Below, one piece after another: positions 1-9,130 of a stretch of 64,000 bases of DNA. Each line of letters opens with the position of its first letter. The first letter of the stretch is position 1. The position numbers and the translations under genes were made by a program. The notes below the pieces were generated by a model. It searched no databases and was not told the origin of the DNA. It was given only the letters and a program-made list of their open reading frames with translations. Origin of the DNA: an uncultured Acidimicrobiales bacterium (GTDB lineage Bacteria > Actinomycetota > Acidimicrobiia > Acidimicrobiales > SHLQ01); the NCBI GenBank assembly GCA_937934655.1, contig CALGZB010000245.1, positions 13,448-77,447 on the forward strand. Reading direction: 5' to 3'.

Positions 1-1
1 C

Positions 2-2452
2 GCCGAGGTGCCGATCCCTTCCACCCGCGAGATCATCAGCACCGCCGATGCCGACGACGAGGTTCGTATGGCGGTCCGCCGGGTCATCGATGCCTCTCGT
101 GAGGGCATTCCGCTCGAACGCATCGCCATCTTGTATGGCTCCGACCGCCCGTATTCTCGCCAACTGCACGAGCACCTCGGCGCGGCAAAGATCCCGTTTA
201 ACGGGTCGGCTGTACGAACCATCGGCGAGGCACTTCTCGGCAAGTCTCTGCTCCGAATTTTGGCGCTCACCGACCGCGACTTTCGTCGTGACGATGTGTT
301 CACCCTTCTCGGCAGCGCTTCGTTGCGCGATGCCGAGGGCAAGTTCGTCCCCACCTCGGCCTGGGAGCGGGTGTCGCGTACAGCGGGAATTGTGGGCGGC
401 GCCCATCAGTGGGTCGACAGACTCGACCATCATCTCGAAGATCTTCGCCTCGACCGCCAAGGCGAGGAGCGCACCGAAGGCCGCGAGTTTGTGCTGCGCC
501 AGCTTCAACGCCAAACCGAGTGGGCCACCGGGTTGCGCGATTTCATCGTCGAGCTCTCAACCGATCTCAACGCCGATGCTGTGGGGTCCTCGTGGCGTGA
601 GAAGGCCCGGTGGGCGCAAGGACTGATTCGCCGCTACCTCGGCGCCGAGGCCACCCGGTCGTCGTGGCCCGCCAGCGAAATCGCCGCTGCCGAGAAGGTC
701 GAAGCTGCACTCGAACGACTCAGCGCACTCGATTCGGTCGAACCCAATCCAAGCCTTGCAGTCTTTCGTCGCACCCTCGAACTCGAACTCGACTCCGGAC
801 TTGGCCGCCAAGGCCGTTTCGGCGAGGGGGTCCTGGTTGGACCCATCAGCGCAGCGTTTGGCCTCGATCTCGAACGAGTTATCATCGTCGGCCTCGCCGA
901 GGGCGTGTATCCCAGCCATCCTCGCGACGATTCGTTGCTTCCCGACCATGAACGCCGACTGCTCGACGGCGAGTTGCCGTTGCGCCGGTCGCACCTTGCC
1001 GACCAGCACCGCGATCTCCTGGCTGCTCTCGCAGCCGCCTCGGCCGGGACCGTGCTGTGTTTTCCTCGAGGCGATCTCCGGCGATCCACCGAGCGCACCG
1101 CTTCTCGGTGGCTGCTGCAGGTTGCCAGCACCCTTGCCGAGACCGACCGGATTTCCGGCGACGAGTTAGCCGACTATCGCGACCAACCCTGGTTGTCGGA
1201 GATGCCCTCGTTTGCTGGGGGTATCGCCCGCCTCGAGTTTCCCGCCACCGAGCAAGAGTTCTCGCTGCGCAGCCTTCTTGAACATCGCGATGCCGGAAGC
1301 CGGGTTGATGGTGCCGACAATGGCGGGGTTCTGGGTCATCACCTCGCCCAATCAAGCAACGCCTTTCGTCGGGGCGCCGAACTCCGACAGGCCCGTCGCG
1401 GTCGACACTTCACGCGGTTCGACGGCAACCTCTCGCATCTCGACATTCCATCCCCCACCGCAAACGGGGTGGTCATGTCGCCAACTCGTCTCGAGCACTG
1501 GGCCGACTGCCCACACCGCTACCTGTTGCAAACGGTACTGCGTATTAACGAGGTCGAACGCCCCGATCTGCAACTGCGTGTCTCGGCACTCGACAAGGGA
1601 AACATCATTCACCGGTCGCTCGATGAGTTCTTCACCGGTGCTATCGAGCAGGGTGCCCCCGCACCGGGCGACTACTGGACCGATGAGCAACGCAAGGCGC
1701 TTCGCGACATCACCATCGCCCAATGCGAGCACTACGAGCGTCGAGGTCTCACCGGGAAGAAGCTCTTCTGGGATCGCGACAAGCGGCGCATTCTTTCTGA
1801 CCTCGACAAGTTTCTTTCGGTGGACAACATCAACCGCGAGGTTTGGCAGTCGTTTCCGGTCAAAGCCGAACTCGGCTTTGGTCTGGTCGACCGACGCAAT
1901 CCCAACGCACCCCACGACTCAGCCATCGACCTGGTGCTGGGCGACGGCCGCAAGTTGCGGTTCCGCGGTTCTATCGACCGACTCGACCGAGGCACCGACG
2001 GTTCGCTCCGAGTGCTCGACTACAAGACCGGAAAGTCGAAGTATTACAACGGTCTCGACGAGACCAACCCGATCGAGAATGGTCGTCGTCTTCAGCTGCC
2101 TATCTACGCGCTGGCCGCTCGAGCGCATGCCAACAACCCCGACGCCTCGGTGTGGGCCGGTTACTGGTTCCTCAACGAGGAGTCCAAATTCACCACCGTC
2201 GGCTATCACGTCACCCCCGAGGTCGCGGACATCGTCGACTCGGTTCTCACCACCATCGTCGACAACATCGAGGCCGGCGTGTTCCCCGCCCACCCGCCAC
2301 CGCCATCCACTTTCAATGCCATGAACTGCCGCTACTGCGATCCAGACTTGCTCGGCACATCGGAACGTTTCCGCCAATGGGAACGGAAGAAGAGCAGTGT
2401 CGAGCTCAACGGATTCCGCCGTCTTGTCGAACCGGAGAAGCTCGATGTCTGA
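2..2452 (+). CDS. adnA: AdnA/AddB-like helicase-nuclease subunit, 5' end cut by the window edge; C-terminal PD-(D/E)XK nuclease domain is present
   Basis: The frame is open from the window start. It carries a C-terminal RVLDYKTGKS nuclease motif and cysteines CPHRY...NCRYCD. Its stop overlaps the start of the downstream UvrD-type helicase-nuclease (ATGTCTGA). Confidence 0.7.
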   Translation, partial: AEVPIPSTREIISTADADDEVRMAVRRVIDASREGIPLERIAILYGSDRPYSRQLHEHLGAAKIPFNGSAVRTIGEALLGKSLLRILALTDRDFRRDDVFTLLGSASLRDAEGKFVPTSAWERVSRTAGIVGGAHQWVDRLDHHLEDLRLDRQGEERTEGREFVLRQLQRQTEWATGLRDFIVELSTDLNADAVGSSWREKARWAQGLIRRYLGAEATRSSWPASEIAAAEKVEAALERLSALDSVEPNPSLAVFRRTLELELDSGLGRQGRFGEGVLVGPISAAFGLDLERVIIVGLAEGVYPSHPRDDSLLPDHERRLLDGELPLRRSHLADQHRDLLAALAAASAGTVLCFPRGDLRRSTERTASRWLLQVASTLAETDRISGDELADYRDQPWLSEMPSFAGGIARLEFPATEQEFSLRSLLEHRDAGSRVDGADNGGVLGHHLAQSSNAFRRGAELRQARRGRHFTRFDGNLSHLDIPSPTANGVVMSPTRLEHWADCPHRYLLQTVLRINEVERPDLQLRVSALDKGNIIHRSLDEFFTGAIEQGAPAPGDYWTDEQRKALRDITIAQCEHYERRGLTGKKLFWDRDKRRILSDLDKFLSVDNINREVWQSFPVKAELGFGLVDRRNPNAPHDSAIDLVLGDGRKLRFRGSIDRLDRGTDGSLRVLDYKTGKSKYYNGLDETNPIENGRRLQLPIYALAARAHANNPDASVWAGYWFLNEESKFTTVGYHVTPEVADIVDSVLTTIVDNIEAGVFPAHPPPPSTFNAMNCRYCDPDLLGTSERFRQWERKKSSVELNGFRRLVEPEKLDV

Positions 2453-5400
2453 GCAACAGTCGCTATTCGACGACACCGAACCCGAACCAGAACAGAACCC
2501 CGATCACATCGCGGCGATCGCCGCCGCTGAAGCAGCGAACGATGCCGGAGCAACGCCCCAAGCTGCGCTCAGCGATCGACCTGCTCCGGCCGACCAGTCC
2601 CAGCGCGATCAGATCACCTTCACTCTCGACGAGACACTGTTTGTCGAAGCCGGAGCCGGGTCGGGCAAGACGACGTCGTTGGTATCGCGCGTGATCTCGC
2701 TCGTTCGCGAGGGAACCCCAATCGATGGCATCGCCGCTATCACATTCACCGAGAAGGCGGCTTCGGAGCTACGTGACCGAATCCGCGATGGTCTCGAGCG
2801 GCGAGTTACCGAACCTGACCCTGCCGATTCGCACAGTCATCTTGAGCGGTTTGAAGTAGCGCTCGACATTCTCGATGGCGCCGCCATCTCCACCCTTCAC
2901 GCCTTTGCGCAGCGGATTCTGTCCGAACATCCGGTCGAGGCACAGCTCCCGCCGGCCATCGAGGTACAGGACGAAATCAGCTCACAGGTAGCGTTCGAAG
3001 ACCGCTGGCAACGCTTTATCGACGACCTTCTCGAAGACCCCGAAGGTGGCCGGGACTTCCTTATCGCCAATGCCGGCGGCGTCACCATCAACCACCTGCG
3101 GGCGCTTGCCCGGCAATTCAACAACAACTGGGACTTGGTCGCCGAGCGCCGGAGCACCATGGGCGGCGATCGCATCAGTCTCGACCTCGGCTACCTGATC
3201 GACCAGATTGCGTCACTCGCCGACCTCGCCCAGGAGTGCGCGAACCCCGACGACAAGCTGGCGTTGCGTCTTCCCGAGTTCGCCTCGTACGCCCAAGAAC
3301 TTCGCGGCAGCTACGACGACATCGAACTGCTGGAACGGTTGGTAAACCCCACAACGAGTTTCCGGGTGGGCAATGTGGGGGCAAAGGGAAACTGGCCCTC
3401 CGCTGGCTTCGAGGTGGGCGACATTCGCGCCGAGGTCAAAGGTGTGCTCGAAGCAATCGATGACGCCCGCAACGAAGTCGCCCATCTGTCGCTTTGGCGG
3501 CTCGGCGACCTCATCGGCACCTGGACCCTCGATGCAGCCGAGGAACGCCGGATCGAAGGCCGACTCGAATACCACGACCTGTTGGTGCGAGCTCGGCAAC
3601 TCCTCCGCAATGCCGACACCGGACCCGAAACCCGAGCCACGCTTCGCGATCGCTACCCCCGCCTCCTTCTCGACGAGTTTCAAGACACCGACCCCATCCA
3701 GATCGAGCTGGCGTGTCTTATCGCCAGCACAGACGACGATGGCTCGAAGCCCTGGGACGAACTCACGATTCCGCCGGGTGCCTTGTTCTTTGTAGGCGAT
3801 CCGAAGCAGTCGATCTACCGGTTCCGGCGGGCCGACATCAATTTGTTTCTTCGGGCCAGCACGTCGTTCGCCGACGAGTCGGTGCATCTCACGAGCAACT
3901 TCCGAACCACGAGCCCAATCATCAATTGGATCAACCATGTGTTTGGGCGCCTCATCAACTTCGAGGAAGGCTCGCAGCCCGCCTACCAGGCGCTCAAGCC
4001 CGTTCGTTCGCCGGCGCCTACTGGCCACTCGGTGGTTGTGCTGGGCAAGAAACACCCCGACACGGTCAATGCCGACGATCTTCGCCATGCCGAAGCCGCC
4101 GATGTTGCCAACACCATTTGTCTGGCCATGCAGGAGCAATGGCAGGTACGCGACGACACCGCACCCGACGGGTGGCGCCCCACCGAACTGGGCGACATCA
4201 CCATCTTGCTTCCTGCTCGTACCTCGCTAAGCGCCCTCGAACGCGAGCTCGATCGGGTCGAGGTGCCGTACCGAGCCGAAAGTAGCTCGCTCGTCTATAA
4301 CACCAGCGAAGTTCGCGACTTGTTGGCGGTCCTCCGATCGATCGCCGACCCCACCGATGAGTTGGCGCTGTCTACAGCGCTGCGATCTGCGTTGTTCGGC
4401 TGCGGCGACGACGATCTCTACACCTTCAAAATCACCTACCGAGGTCACTGGAACCATCAGGCCGAATTGCCCGAGACGCTCCCGCACGATCATCCGGTGG
4501 GCGAAGCCATGACCTTCCTTCGCGACCTTCATCAATCCCAGATGTGGTCGGCGCCTAGCGAACTCATCGAGCGGATCGTCCGCGATCGCCGACTCCTCGA
4601 GCTCGGGTTTACCGAGCGACGCCCACGAGACCTGTGGCGTCGGATTCGTTTTGTGGTCGATCAGGCCCGAGCGTACGCCGAGTCCGAAGGCGGAGGCCTC
4701 CGCGATTATCTGGCGTGGGCCGAGCTTCAGAGTGCTGAAGGCGCTCGCGTCTCTGAGGCCGTGCTGCCCGAAACCGACGACGATTCGGTCCGCATCATGA
4801 CCATCCACGGCTCGAAGGGCCTTGAGTTTCCCATCACGATCATGTCGGGGCTCACCACCAAAGCCAATCGAACCGCTGGTGGCGTTCAGGTGCTGTTTCC
4901 TCCAACCGGCACCATCGAGATGCGGATCAAGAAGGATCTCGAGAGCCGCGACTTCGAGCGATATGCCGAGCTCGACGAGCAGCTCAGCTTTCACGAAACA
5001 CTTCGGCTCCTTTACGTCGGGGCCACCCGGGCGTGCGACCACCTGGTGGTCTGCACCCATCAGAAACAACACAAGAACGAACCCGAGCTCACCAAGCGCA
5101 CCATGGCCGAGCTCATCGCCGGCGTTCTCGACGATGCCCCTCCCTACGAACACATCGATCCCGAGGATGGCGCCGTCGAGTCACCGCAACTTCAACTGGC
5201 CGACCCGCTCCTCGGTCGATCGGCGTGGGAAGCCGAACTCGGCGCGGCACTCGATCAGGGTGCCCGCCGACGGGTGCTCGCTGCCACCACCATCGCCAAA
5301 CTCGCCGCCGAGGCCAGCGCAAGTGCCAGCGGAGAACCCGGAGCAGAAACCGGCGCACAGCCCGGCATAGAAATCGAGCAGAGCCTCGCCGAGGATCCCG

Positions 5401-6023
5401 CACGCGATCCCGGGTTACAAAAACAGTCCCGCAACCTCGATCTTCCTCCGTGGCAGAAGGGCCGCTACGGCACCGCCATTGGTCGGGCCGTTCATGGCAC
5501 GTTGCAGACCGCCGACCTTCGCACCGGCGAAGGACTTGCCGAGGTCGCTGCTGCCCAGGCGGCGGCAGAAGGCGTTCTGGGCCGGGAGACAATTGTCGAA
5601 GCGCTCTCTCGTTCGGCGCTCGGAACCGATGTGGTGAATGAAGCCATCTCGGGCGAGTACTGGCGCGAGATGTACGTCGCAGCACCACTCAGCGATGACC
5701 TTGTGCTTGAGGGGTATGTCGACCTGTTGTACCGCACCGCAGAAGGCCTGGTTGTCGTCGACTACAAAACCGACGCAGTGCCCGACGATGCAACGCTTGC
5801 CATCAAGTTGGCTCGCTACCGTCTCCAAGGCGCCACCTATGCCCTGGCGGTGGAAGAAGCTACGGGCGAAACAGTGTCGCGGGTGGTCTTTGCTTTCCTT
5901 CGAGAAGGCGGCGCTACCGAGCGCGATGTCGCTGATCTTCGTGGTGCGATCGACGAGGTACGCCGCACAGCAGCCGGAGCAGCTTCCGCCGCAGGCGGGG
6001 TTGTCGACCCCTCAACCGAATAG
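2445..6023 (+). CDS. adnB: UvrD/Rep-type helicase with C-terminal RecB-family nuclease (AdnB-like)
   Basis: Walker A AGAGSGKTTSLV, motif II LLLDEFQDTDP, FFVGDPKQSIYRFRRAD, MTIHGSKGLEF, LLYVGATRA, and C-terminal GYVDLLY...VVVDYKTD nuclease motif. I prefer the ATG at 2445 (MSEQQSLF), which overlaps the adnA stop by 8 nt, over the ORF-track start at 2397. Confidence 0.85.
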   Translation: MSEQQSLFDDTEPEPEQNPDHIAAIAAAEAANDAGATPQAALSDRPAPADQSQRDQITFTLDETLFVEAGAGSGKTTSLVSRVISLVREGTPIDGIAAITFTEKAASELRDRIRDGLERRVTEPDPADSHSHLERFEVALDILDGAAISTLHAFAQRILSEHPVEAQLPPAIEVQDEISSQVAFEDRWQRFIDDLLEDPEGGRDFLIANAGGVTINHLRALARQFNNNWDLVAERRSTMGGDRISLDLGYLIDQIASLADLAQECANPDDKLALRLPEFASYAQELRGSYDDIELLERLVNPTTSFRVGNVGAKGNWPSAGFEVGDIRAEVKGVLEAIDDARNEVAHLSLWRLGDLIGTWTLDAAEERRIEGRLEYHDLLVRARQLLRNADTGPETRATLRDRYPRLLLDEFQDTDPIQIELACLIASTDDDGSKPWDELTIPPGALFFVGDPKQSIYRFRRADINLFLRASTSFADESVHLTSNFRTTSPIINWINHVFGRLINFEEGSQPAYQALKPVRSPAPTGHSVVVLGKKHPDTVNADDLRHAEAADVANTICLAMQEQWQVRDDTAPDGWRPTELGDITILLPARTSLSALERELDRVEVPYRAESSSLVYNTSEVRDLLAVLRSIADPTDELALSTALRSALFGCGDDDLYTFKITYRGHWNHQAELPETLPHDHPVGEAMTFLRDLHQSQMWSAPSELIERIVRDRRLLELGFTERRPRDLWRRIRFVVDQARAYAESEGGGLRDYLAWAELQSAEGARVSEAVLPETDDDSVRIMTIHGSKGLEFPITIMSGLTTKANRTAGGVQVLFPPTGTIEMRIKKDLESRDFERYAELDEQLSFHETLRLLYVGATRACDHLVVCTHQKQHKNEPELTKRTMAELIAGVLDDAPPYEHIDPEDGAVESPQLQLADPLLGRSAWEAELGAALDQGARRRVLAATTIAKLAAEASASASGEPGAETGAQPGIEIEQSLAEDPARDPGLQKQSRNLDLPPWQKGRYGTAIGRAVHGTLQTADLRTGEGLAEVAAAQAAAEGVLGRETIVEALSRSALGTDVVNEAISGEYWREMYVAAPLSDDLVLEGYVDLLYRTAEGLVVVDYKTDAVPDDATLAIKLARYRLQGATYALAVEEATGETVSRVVFAFLREGGATERDVADLRGAIDEVRRTAAGAASAAGGVVDPSTE

Positions 6024-6044
6024 CTCGCTGCAGAAGCGAGCGAT

Positions 6045-6106
6045 CGGAAAAAAGAAAAAACCCCGGTCGTTCCCCATTACCGAAGTAATGATGGAAGGCC
6101 GGGGTT
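6045..6106 (-). terminator. Long imperfect hairpin (AACCCCGG...CCGGGGTT with inner CATTAC-CGAA-GTAATG) flanked by an A-run on the plus strand, which reads as a U-run on the minus strand
   Basis: Outer stem 6059-6066 pairs with 6099-6106. Inner stem 6075-6080 pairs with 6085-6090. The run AAAAAAGAAAAAA lies at 6048-6060. Read on the minus strand this is a canonical hairpin plus T-tract, yet both flanking genes are on the plus strand. Confidence 0.4.
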
Positions 6107-6152
6107 GTACGTAGATCAGTATAGCCCACGGCACGAAGTATGGTCGATCGCT

Positions 6153-6845
6153 ATGTCGACCGTTTCGGTGTTTATCGATGGCCAGAATCTCTATAAGGGC
6201 GTTTCAAAGCTCTTTCACACTCGGGTCCATCCGGTGCTTCTTGCCCACGAACTCGCAGGCGATCGAGAGCTGCTTGATGTCCGTTACTACAGCGGGGTTC
6301 ATCAGCCCCGCGAGAACGCCAAGATCCACGCTATGTCGATGCGGCGACACAAGCTGATCGAGCGCACTGGTGTGGAGGTTGTCGAACGAGTCCTTCGCTA
6401 TCACTGGGAGTGGAGCATCAAGGACAAGGTGCCCAACCCGATGAAGGCCGAGGATGGCGATACCCACGACGTCACCGTCGAGCGCCGTCGTCAGGCCCGC
6501 GAAAAGGGCATCGACTTGGCCCTGGGTCTCGATGCGATGGAATCGGCGCTTACCAATCGCTGCGAAACCATCATCATCGTGAGCCGCGACCGCGACCTCT
6601 CCGAAGTGGCGCGCGAGGTGCACGAACGCACAGCTACCCGCGATGTCACCGTCGAGGTGGCGATCCCGGTGAGCGACAAGTACCGCCACATCATGGAGGG
6701 CTACGACTTCACCCACTTCATCGATCGCGACATGGTGGAACGGATCAACGACAACTTCGACTACTTCCAGAAGCTGCCCCGCAAAAAGGTCGAGACCTTC
6801 CTGTCAGAGCTGCCCGACTGGAAACCAGCCACACCGCCCACCTGA
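6153..6845 (+). CDS. NYN (LabA-like, PIN-fold) domain protein, predicted RNase
   Basis: MSTVSVFIDGQNLYKG at the N-terminus, then EKGIDLALGLDAM and IIIVSRDRDLSEV, which is the NYN pattern. I prefer the ATG at 6153 over the ORF-track start at 6105. Confidence 0.7.
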   Translation: MSTVSVFIDGQNLYKGVSKLFHTRVHPVLLAHELAGDRELLDVRYYSGVHQPRENAKIHAMSMRRHKLIERTGVEVVERVLRYHWEWSIKDKVPNPMKAEDGDTHDVTVERRRQAREKGIDLALGLDAMESALTNRCETIIIVSRDRDLSEVAREVHERTATRDVTVEVAIPVSDKYRHIMEGYDFTHFIDRDMVERINDNFDYFQKLPRKKVETFLSELPDWKPATPPT

Positions 6846-6854
6846 ACAAAATCC

Positions 6855-6915
6855 CCCGAACCGGTACCGTCTGAGCAGGGCACAACGACCAGACCCGGTA
6901 CCAGTTCGGGTTTTT
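6855..6915 (+). terminator. Rho-independent terminator candidate downstream of the NYN gene
   Basis: CCCGAACCGGTAC (6855-6867) pairs with GTACCAGTTCGGG (6898-6910) with one mismatch, followed by TTTTT (6911-6915). Confidence 0.5.
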
Positions 6916-6940
6916 CGGTTGTGGTTAAAAGGAGTTGTGG

Positions 6941-7432
6941 TTAGAAGAGGCGGGACCCGGACTGTTCGAGGTCGAGGAGAAACTTCTTGGCGTCGATGCC
7001 GGCGGCGAATCCGGTGAGTGAGCCGTTGGCCCCGATCACTCGGTGGCACGGCAGGATGATCGAGACCGGGTTGCGGCCGTTTGCTGCGCCGATGGCCCGC
7101 ACGGCCTTTGGACGGCCGAGCGATGCCGCCTGCTGGCCGTACGTTGCGGTCTCGCCGTAGGGAATGTCGGCCAGCGCTTGCCAGGCCGCCACCTGGAATT
7201 CGGTTCCTCGGAGATCGAGCGGAAGGTCGAACTGCTTGCGTTTTCCGTCGAAGTACTCGTCGAGTTGGTCAGCGGTCTGGGCTAGCACTGTATTGCTCGG
7301 CGACTCCACCAGATCGTCGGCAAGCCGTACCCGCTCGGGCGGGTCATCGGGCCAGAGCACCGCGACGAGACCATCGTCGGATGCCACAAGCTCGAGAGGG
7401 CCGAGCGGGGATTGGTACGTGGAGCAATACAT
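6941..7432 (-). CDS. ogt: Methylated-DNA--protein-cysteine methyltransferase (O6-alkylguanine-DNA alkyltransferase)
   Basis: Active-site motif PCHRVIGANGSLTGF. The ATG at 7432 lies 1 nt after the stop of the upstream ada-alkA gene. The N-terminal extension in the ORF track (to 7705) overlaps that gene and is discounted. Confidence 0.9.
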   Translation of the reverse strand: MYCSTYQSPLGPLELVASDDGLVAVLWPDDPPERVRLADDLVESPSNTVLAQTADQLDEYFDGKRKQFDLPLDLRGTEFQVAAWQALADIPYGETATYGQQAASLGRPKAVRAIGAANGRNPVSIILPCHRVIGANGSLTGFAAGIDAKKFLLDLEQSGSRLF

Positions 7433-7433
7433 G

Positions 7434-8975
7434 TCACTGATCCTTAGGAGTGCTGCCCGCAGGCATCGGATAGATACTCGCCCACAGATGGTGTGCGGCA
7501 TAACTGCGCCACGGCGACCAGGCGGCTGCTTCGCGGGTGAGCTCTTTGGCATCGCCGGAAAGTCCGATGTTGGCAGCGGCTTTTCGGAGCACCAGGTCGC
7601 CGACCGGAAAGACATCGGGGTCCCCGAGTGCTCGCATGGCGATGATGTCGGCGGTCCACGGCCCAATGCCATCGAGCGCCAGGAGGTCGAGCCGGGTTTG
7701 GGCACGGTCGGCCCCGGCGGTCAGGTCGAGTCGTCCATCGATGACCGCTTTCGCGAGTCCGGTGATGGTTCGTTGACGGGCACCGGTGAGACCGGTGGGA
7801 GCAAGGTCGGCTTCGGCCAGCGCTTCGGCTGTTGGGAACAGTCTCCACTCGTGATGATCGCCGAACACGCTGGTGTCCGAGCCACCATTTTCAACAACCG
7901 AAACCGGGTCGCCGAAGCGTTCGACAATCCGGCTTCCAAAAGTACGGCCAGCTGCGACCGACACTTGTTGCCCAACGATTGTTGTAATGGCTTGTTCGAA
8001 CCCATCGACGGTTCCCGGTACGCGAAGTCCGGGGTCGGCGTGAACAATCTCGCCAAGCGGCGTGTTGGTTAGGCATTCGCCGACCGACATGGGGTCGGCG
8101 TCAAGATCGAGAAGTCGCCGGACTCGACTGACCGCAACCGACAGGTCGGCAAAGGCGGCAAGCGAGAAGTCGCACCACACGTGATCGGCTCTTGGAGTGA
8201 TGGCAACAAGGCCAGGACCGTTGGGTAGTCGCAGGGTTCGTCGAACCGTTCCGTCTTCAACCCGGGCCAGCAGGTCGGGTGAGTGTCCGGCGATCCAACT
8301 GAGCAACGGCTCGGCGCGAAACGGGTGGCGGAACGGCAAGCGCAAACCAATGGCTCCACTGGTCATCGCTCCGGACTTTCCGTTGGGGCGGGACCGAAGT
8401 TGTGACGGCGTCAACGCAAAGACTTCGCGGACGGTGTCATTGAACTGACGGATCGAACTGAAGCCGGCAGCGAAGGCGATGTCGCTGAATTTCATGTCGG
8501 TGGTTTCGATGAGGACTCTGCTGGCTTGGGCTCTCTGTGCTCGGGCCAGAGCAATAGGAGATGCGCCAACTTCTTTTTGGAGCACTCGGTGCAGCGTCCG
8601 TTCGCTCACGGCGAGACCAGATGCCAGCCCGGCCACACCTTCCCGGTCGACCAGCCCGTCGGCGATGAGGCGCATCGCCCGGCCAGCAAGGTCGGCTCGG
8701 AGATCCCACTCGGGCGAGCCTGGCGATGCATCGGGCCGGCACCGTTTGCAGGCCCGGAGCCCTGCCGATTGAGCCGCGGCGGACGTGGGGAAGAACTGTA
8801 CGTTTTTTCGGTGCGGACGCACCGGCGTTGGGCAGCTGGGCCGGCAGTAGATTCCCGTCGAGAGCACCCCGGTGATGAACCACCCGTCGAAACGAGCATC
8901 CTTCGATTCGACAGCCCGATAGCAGCGATCGAAGTCGTCGATCGACACGTGGGTCGTTGGTGGGGTGCGCTCCAT
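7434..8975 (-). CDS. alkA: Ada-AlkA fusion: Ada Zn-finger methylphosphotriester domain, AraC-type HTH, AlkA N-terminal domain and HhH-GPD glycosylase domain
   Basis: N-terminal FDGWFITGVLSTGIYCRPSCP...CKRCRP matches the Ada zinc site. An AraC-like HTH follows (FSDIAFAAGFSSIRQFNDTVRE). The C-terminus is HhH-GPD (LLALDGIGPWTADIIAMRALGDPDVFPVGD). The layout ada-alkA followed by ogt is known in mycobacteria. Confidence 0.85.
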   Translation of the reverse strand: MERTPPTTHVSIDDFDRCYRAVESKDARFDGWFITGVLSTGIYCRPSCPTPVRPHRKNVQFFPTSAAAQSAGLRACKRCRPDASPGSPEWDLRADLAGRAMRLIADGLVDREGVAGLASGLAVSERTLHRVLQKEVGASPIALARAQRAQASRVLIETTDMKFSDIAFAAGFSSIRQFNDTVREVFALTPSQLRSRPNGKSGAMTSGAIGLRLPFRHPFRAEPLLSWIAGHSPDLLARVEDGTVRRTLRLPNGPGLVAITPRADHVWCDFSLAAFADLSVAVSRVRRLLDLDADPMSVGECLTNTPLGEIVHADPGLRVPGTVDGFEQAITTIVGQQVSVAAGRTFGSRIVERFGDPVSVVENGGSDTSVFGDHHEWRLFPTAEALAEADLAPTGLTGARQRTITGLAKAVIDGRLDLTAGADRAQTRLDLLALDGIGPWTADIIAMRALGDPDVFPVGDLVLRKAAANIGLSGDAKELTREAAAWSPWRSYAAHHLWASIYPMPAGSTPKDQ

Positions 8976-9047
8976 ACCTTGAGTCTGACCGAACCCTTGC
9001 CGGAGAGCTAGCGGAAATCGGACAACCGCGTCGGTGGGGCAACCGAG

Positions 9048-9064
9048 GCGATTCTGCGCGATTC
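9048..9064 (-). promoter_or_regulatory. Direct repeat GCGATTC-N3-GCGATTC (minus strand GAATCGC GCA GAATCGC) upstream of ada-alkA; possible Ada-box-like site
   Basis: Two exact 7-mers at 10-bp spacing, 73-90 nt upstream of the ada-alkA start. The minus strand contains AATCGCGCA, which resembles the E. coli Ada box core AAAGCGCA. Confidence 0.3.
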
Positions 9065-9130
9065 GCCCGGGGCCCTCGTATTAGTGCAAGGCTGGGTTGT
9101 TCAGCACGTCTACTGCGAGAAGAGTCCCTC

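Noticed and set aside
3213-5153. Long minus-strand ORFs (3213..4139 and 4227..5153, 308 aa each) inside adnB
   Set aside because: They are antisense to a helicase gene with a full SF1 motif set, and their translations are Arg/Gly/Val-rich with no motifs. This is a typical GC-rich antisense artefact.
8957-9130. N-terminal extension of the LLM oxidoreductase ORF (start at 8957)
   Set aside because: The extension overlaps the ada-alkA start region and encodes an Arg/Gly-rich non-LLM sequence. The family-typical N-terminus MKFGIAF begins at 9131.
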